The translations under genes and the position numbers were made by a program. From assembly GCA_951406725.2 (NCBI GenBank), contig OX597826.1:7936001-8000000 (forward strand): a DNA stretch of 64,000 nucleotides. Direction: 5' to 3'. The notes beneath the pieces were generated by a model. The model had not been told where the DNA came from, ran no database searches, and was given only the letters and a program-made list of their open reading frames with translations. This document shows positions 57,805 to 64,000 of this stretch, in pieces (the stretch's first letter is position 1; each line of letters begins with the position of its first letter). Source of the DNA: Octopus vulgaris. Taxonomy: Eukaryota.

Positions 57805-57950
57805 AAAGAACACCTTCGGTCATTAATGACCATCAGATTGCACCTAGAAATAAAGCATTTTGCTCAAGAACACAACACATAGCCCGGTCGGGGAATCGAA
57901 CTCACTATCTCATGATCGTGAGCCCAGCGCTCTCAACCATGCGTCTTCAC
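57805..57950 (-). mobile_element. Family E SINE with large internal deletion
   Basis: Tail CCTTCGGTCATTAATGACCAT..GATTGCACCTAGAAA is joined directly to TAAAGCATTTTGCTCAAGAACACAACAC (compare 31912-32253). Confidence 0.8.
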
Positions 57951-58041
57951 ACACTCATACGCACACACATGCACACACATACATACACATACATATATAT
58001 ATATATATATATCACACCTTTGGGTCTCAATGACACCATTA

Positions 58042-58126
<85 letters not shown>

Positions 58127-58169
58127 TATATATTACTGCCCTGTTTTTGTCATCAGTTTTGATCCGCCG

Positions 58170-58504
58170 CAAAATCCCAAATTTTATTTGCCTTTCATCC
58201 TTTCGGGGTCGATTAAATAAGTACCAGTTACGCACTGGGATCGATAGAATCGACTTAATCCCTTTGTCTGTCCCAGTTTGTCCTCTCTGTGTTTAGCCCT
58301 TTGTGGGTAGAAAAGAATTAGGTATTTTGTCTGCCGCTACGTTCTGAGTTCAAATTGCGCCGAGGTCGACTTTGCCTTTCATCCTTTCTGGGTCGATAAA
58401 TTAAGTACCAGTTACGCACTGGGGTCGATAGAATCGACTTAATCTCTTTGTCTGTCCTTCTTTATCCCCTCTATGTTTAGCCTTCTCTGGGCAATAAAGA
58501 AATA
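58170..58504 (+). mobile_element. Family A SINE dimer (headless)
   Basis: Junction GAATTA|GGTATTTTGTCTGCCGCTACG at 58320/58321. Confidence 0.88.
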
Positions 58505-59196
58505 AATATATAAAATATATTCAATCAATTTCTATTTATGAACATCAATCCGCATAGATAAATTCTATCAACCACATCTATAAATATATTTTCACAACTG
58601 CATTTATATATTTTAGTTCTTACAACAATATTTATAAGCATTAACCACATTTATAAATAAGTTCTCTCTTAACACAATTGTTCCAAATCAGTAACTGACT
58701 TCATGACAAGGCTAGCAGTCGCATTCTTTAATTTATTGTAGCTTAACTTTCTATATAAGAAAATTTATCATTATTTTTATCAAATAGCCGTAATACAATG
58801 AAATTCGACTTCTGTAGTGAAGGGAAATTTCTCAGACAAACAATTAATTCTTTTTGAACCTGAGGGTTTCATTTTTGTTATCTCCTCTAGACTTTTTAGT
58901 CGTTATTTATCTCTTTTTATCTTTTCTCCTTTACGTCTTTCAGTCATTGGACTGCGGTGGTGATGGGGAGCCACCTTGGAGGGTTTTAGTCGAAAAATAT
59001 GTACCGCAGAGCGCATGTTCTTCTTGTTTTAAAGTCTGCTACTTTCTGTCAGTAACTTTTGTCGAACTGCTATATTGAAGATAGTAAACAAACACACATC
59101 GGCTGCAAAATGATGGGGAGATACAAACTCAAGCACAAAGACACACACATACACACACTCATCTCTCTCTCTCGCTCTCTTTCGCTCTTTCTCCCA

Positions 59197-59244
<48 letters not shown>

Positions 59245-59253
59245 ATATATATA

Positions 59254-60516
59254 CACACATGGTCTTGCATATAAATTCACGTAAATTTTACGATGCATAA
59301 AGCTGGTTATGAATACTTAAATAATGGTAGTAGACAGATATAAATTTTAATGTAACATTTATGGCAACAAAAACATTTATCACTCAATATGGCCGCCATT
59401 TTAGTCAATTATTGCCTCCACATAAGAATTAAAATTTTTTGCAACTGCCGCATCCTCCACTGTTTTGATGTTGCGTGTCACAAGCACGATGTAGGTCTTC
59501 AAACTTTTAACACGCGAGTGTAATGAAAGATTGGTCCTTGCTTGAAGTAACTCCCATAAAATGTAATTGAGAAGGTTGAGATGTGGGCTATTACTTGGCC
59601 AGATGTTGGCCCTCGCAAAATATGGCACCCTTTCACCGAAGAAGGCCTGTGTTCATTTTGACCCATGGCATGGTACAGAATCCTGGATAAGCACCACGTT
59701 GTCAAGCCAAACTTCTGCTCCGTCCAAGGGGACAGAGAGCTCTTCAGAATGTCCAGATACTCCTTTGTATTGATCTTCAAGCAAGACTTAATGAAGTATG
59801 GATCCATGGCACTTGCCACGGTTCCAAATACGATGAGAGAGACAGGATTCTTAGTCTCAAACAGAGTGGGGACGTCAGAAGAGTTTTAAGCAACCATTCG
59901 AGGATTTCTGAGATTCACAGTGAGCTTCTTCTCGTCCACAAACACGTGAGTTCTTCCGGCACCTTGATGCTTGATGAATGACAGACGCTTTGGGCATCTC
60001 TCGGCTCTGGTTGCTTTGGCCTTGGCTGTTAGGAAGTGACGGTGTCGTCGAACATAGCTAGTCATGCCAGCTCTGGACACCGTGGAAAGAGACACGTTGC
60101 GTTTCTTTGCAAGAGTTGTCATGGATGTCGATGGGTTGGCTTCAATCAAGCGTTTGAGGCCAACTAGAGACTTTGGACTGCGCTTGGAATCACTTCGAGT
60201 ATTGCGTGCTTTTCTATCAATCTTTCCCTCTTCTATAAATTGTTTATACACACGTTCAACAGTTGCTTTTGGAAGTTTCATCAACTTAACAATTTTATTG
60301 GTAGCGAAACTGGCGTGCACCAAAACAACAATGACGGAACGGTTCTGTTGTTCCATGACTTTCTATTGTCGAATCAGTTCGCTATTTACCTGAAAAATAA
60401 AGAGGCTTGGGACTAGATTTTCAAACAAGCAACATTTTGGCAAAAAATGAAATGTTAAACCCACTAAGTCAGTCGCTTAAAATTGGTCTCGATTTATCTG
60501 CAAGAGTCCGTGTGTG
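59254..60516 (-). mobile_element. Near full-length decayed Tc1/mariner DD37D (maT-type) transposon
   Basis: TA-flanked imperfect TIRs CACACATGGTCTTGCATATAAAT (59254) / ATTTATCTGCAAGAGTCCGTGTGTG (to 60516); encloses a transposase pseudogene. Confidence 0.85.
59401..60356 (-). pseudogene. DD37D transposase pseudogene
   Basis: HTH-like N-terminus, first D in HVFVDEK, then KNPVSLIVFG, INTKEYLDIL and IQDSVPCHGSK*TQAFF..IWPSNSPHLNLLNYILW. There are 37 residues between the second D and the third-D position (now N); stops and a frameshift are present. Confidence 0.9.
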
Positions 60517-60527
60517 TATCTACATAT

Positions 60528-60600
<73 letters not shown>

Positions 60601-60611
60601 TACATATACGT

Positions 60612-60733
<122 letters not shown>

Positions 60734-60842
60734 GTATATATATATATATATATATACACATATATAGATAGATATGCATACATTCATACATACATACATA
60801 CATACATACATACATACATACATACATACATACATACATACA

Positions 60843-61240
60843 TAGGCACAGGCGTGGCTGTGTGGTAAGATGCTTTTTTCCCAACCGTATGGTTTAGTGT
60901 TCAGTCTCACTGGATGAAACCTTGGGCAAGTATCTTCTACAATAGTCTCGAGCCGACCAAAGCTCTGCGAGTGGATTTCGTAGACAGAAACTAAAAGAAG
61001 CCCGTCGTATATATATGTATACAAATCTGTATGTGATGGGGGTGTTTCTTCCTGTGTTTGTCCCCCTCTCAACCGATGTTGATATGTTTACGTCCCTGTA
61101 ACTTAGCAGTTCGGCAAAAGAAACCGTCAGAGTAAGTACTAAGCTTCACAAAAATAGGCACTGGGGTCGATACATTCAACTAAGATTTCAAGTCATTGCT
61201 CCAGCATGGCCGCAATCAAATGACTGAAACTAGTAAAAGG
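60843..61240 (+). mobile_element. Family B SINE; older reverse copy at 61430-61590
   Basis: AGGCACAGGCGTGGCTGTGTGGTAAG..GCTCCAGCATGGCCGCAATCAAATGACTGAAAC. Confidence 0.9.
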
Positions 61241-62479
61241 TAAAAAAAAACTACATACATACATATATACATACATACATACATACATATATACATACAT
61301 ACATACATACATACATACATACATACATACATGCATACATACATACATACATACATACATACATACATACATACATACATACATACATACATACATTCAT
61401 ACATACATACATATATGCATATATAAATATTGGATGGGCTTCCACACAGTTTGCGTCAATCAAATTCAGTCACAATGGATGTGTCGACCTAGGGCCACAG
61501 TAGAAACCAATTGCCCGAGGTTTCGCGAAGGGAGACTGAACCCGAGACAACGTGGTTTTAAACCGGCCTTTTTAACTACACAGCCATTTCTGAGACCAGA
61601 ATTCTATCTTTTTTTTTTTTCTATAATTTTCAATTCTCTCCGCAGCTCCGAAACTCTATCATCCACCAGTTTTATGTTTCCAGTTTGTCACCCCCTAACC
61701 AACCGGATTGTTATTGTTTTGATTTACTCACATCTGGTACTTCATGTTTTGTTTTTGTTTTTTTCGGTGTTCTATGTCACAGTTCAATGGCTGATAAAAG
61801 TTTCATAAGCTTCCTGTTTTGTTTATATTATTTTATCCTCTTCCTATATCTATCCCTACCCACTTGTTTTTGCTTGAATTATTTTGTCTTCTCCCTCTCG
61901 TTACATCTGTTCATATTAATGTCTTCGCCTATATATTTTTTTTCTTTGTAATTCTTTCATAAACCTTATTTTTTATATACATTTTATTATCTGAATATGA
62001 GTAAAGCTGAGTCATATTTCATTTTTAGGTCACATATTGACTGCCTCAGTCCTCCTTTACACCATCATTTTTATACTTTTCACCATTGAAAATAATAATT
62101 ATTATTATCATCATTCAGCAGTTTTAGTTTTATTGCGTGCTTTTACCGCACCATCTTGCACCTTGGGTAAGATCAGAGATTAAAAAAAAATTTTGGTATT
62201 TTCTTTTGTATTGAGCGCACTCTACATTATACATGTTTAGTGCCTGGTCGTTCTAGTTCTGGGCTATTTTCTCTATAGTGTGCATATTTGTAATTCTTGT
62301 GGTTTTGGGGTTTCCATTTATCTACATATATTTTTTTTTCATCCTTATTCATTTTCAATGCACAAATTATATTTGGAAAGCCTTGGAAATATCTACATTC
62401 AAATTTTCTCTATTCTGAGATCTTTATATTTTGGAGAATTTTTTTCATTTCTCTAATAGATACTGTATTTACTTAATTT

Positions 62480-62551
<72 letters not shown>

Positions 62552-62553
<2 letters not shown>

Positions 62554-63085
62554 ACTCTTTTACTCTTTTACTTGTTTCAGTCATTTGATTGTGGCCATGT
62601 TGGAGCATCGTCTTTAGTCGAGCAAATAGACCCCAGGACTCATTCTCTGCAAGCCTAGTACTTATTGTATCGGTCTCTTTTGCCGAACCGCTAAGTTACG
62701 GGGACGTAAACACATCGTAAACGGGGACGTAAACAGCATCGGTTGTCAAGCAATGTTGGTGGGACAAACACAGACACAGAAACATATACACAAACATACA
62801 TATATACATATATATACATACATATATATACATATATGTCTCGGGCTTCTTTCAGTTTCCTTCTACCAAATCCACTCACAAAGTTTTGGTCTGCCCGAGG
62901 CTATAGTAGAAGACACTTCCCCAAGGTGTTACTTATCACACAGCCACTCCTACGCCTTTCTACCAAATCCACTCCCAAGTGCTTTGGTCGGCTCGAGGCT
63001 AGAGTAGTAAACACGCAAGGTGCCATGCAGTGGGACTGAACCCGGAACCATGCAGTTGGGAAGCAAGCTTCTTTCCACACACCCA
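62552..63085 (-). mobile_element. Family B SINE with duplicated 5' region
   Basis: TTCTACCAAATCCACTC..GAGGCTA.AGTAG appears twice (~62862 and ~62958). Confidence 0.85.
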
Positions 63086-63589
63086 TTGTCTTCGGTCAGT
63101 GTCAATTCCTAATTGCTTCTATCAAGGCATAAACGGAAATGACTACTATTCCCTTCAAACTTTGCATCAATATTTTGAAACTGACCTATTTTCCATTACA
63201 TTTCAGACAGATTCGGCACTGAGTTGCTGAAGCAGAAATATCGTTATAACATATATTCAGCTCAGTACGACAGATTTGCTTGTTATTTGCTTGATCTTAA
63301 CTACTTGAGCATGTCCCTTAGTGGCTGACAATATGTGCATCTCTGATCATGAGCAGGTGTAGTGTACTGGGGTGCATCATAGCGATGTGGTGAGAGGGTT
63401 TCTCTCAGGTTTGAACAAATATAACAGATGCAAAGTTTGAAGAAAATATTAGCCATTTTTCATACTCTCTAGAGGTAAGTAAATAGGAAATAACAGTTGT
63501 TACCCACTGTTTCCTTCACTGTTTTCAACCTACACTAAACTCTAACAGTAAGCCATTACATATTAGGTGTTGTACACTAATCTATGTAT

Positions 63590-63895
63590 TGTTGTTTGTT
63601 CCTTCTCGAGCTATGCCTGGCTCATAAGGGCCGGTTTCCCGGTTTCCTTTGCGTATTGGTTCCCCACCTGGACGGGACGCCGGTCCGTCGCAGGTGAGCA
63701 GCAAGATGCAGGAGGAAAGAGTGAGAGAAAGTTGTGGCGAAGGAGTCGGCAGAAGTTTGCCATTACCTTCTGCCGGAGCCGCATGGAGTTTAGGTGTTTC
63801 GCTCATAAACACACACATCGCTCGGTCTGAGATTCGAATCCGCGATCACTCGACCGCGTGTCCGTAGCTCTAACCACCAAGCCATGTGCCTCCAC
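63590..63895 (-). mobile_element. Full-length family D SINE with 11-bp TSD
   Basis: TSD AATCTATGTAT at 63579-63589 and 63896-63906; tRNA-like head rc GTGGAGGCACATGGCTTGGTGGTTAGAGC..GATTCGAATCTCAG; (AAC)-type tail. Confidence 0.95.
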
Positions 63896-64000
63896 AATCT
63901 ATGTATACTTTATGCTAAAGTATGATCGCATTATTTTATGCTATAAATCAAATACTTTATACAACACTTGCAGCACATCACAGTGAAGTAACATTACACC

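Noticed and set aside
63820-63895. tRNA-like sequences with A/B boxes (also ~18060-18132, 32180-32253 and 50890-50961)
   Set aside because: They are SINE heads continuous with repeat bodies and TSDs, with no complete cloverleaf or acceptor stem.

Overview
This is eukaryotic, AT-rich DNA saturated with microsatellites, most likely intronic or intergenic. The repeat content strongly resembles an Octopus (coleoid cephalopod) genome; that assignment is inference from repeat style and was not checked against a database. No intact host gene, rRNA, true tRNA or CRISPR array is supportable, and nearly all listed ORFs are artefacts of di-, tri- or tetranucleotide repeats or SINEs. The window contains: (i) dozens of tRNA-derived SINE copies from several modular families, labelled A-E here as working names; (ii) two decayed Tc1/mariner DD37D (maT-type) transposons, an internally deleted piggyBac, mariner MITE fragments and an 8-bp-TSD MITE with telomere-like repeats; (iii) an RTE-clade LINE fragment with a 5' inversion inside a 12-bp TSD; (iv) the 3' end of an LTR retrotransposon; (v) probable Penelope-like terminal repeats carrying minimal hammerhead ribozyme motifs; and (vi) a C/A-rich minisatellite. 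The most notable observations are the twin-priming-like RTE insertion, head/tail module swapping among SINEs, a recurrent SINE insertion junction (AATACC), and a hammerhead-like family with a fixed non-canonical core. I see no solid evidence for a new protein-coding system.
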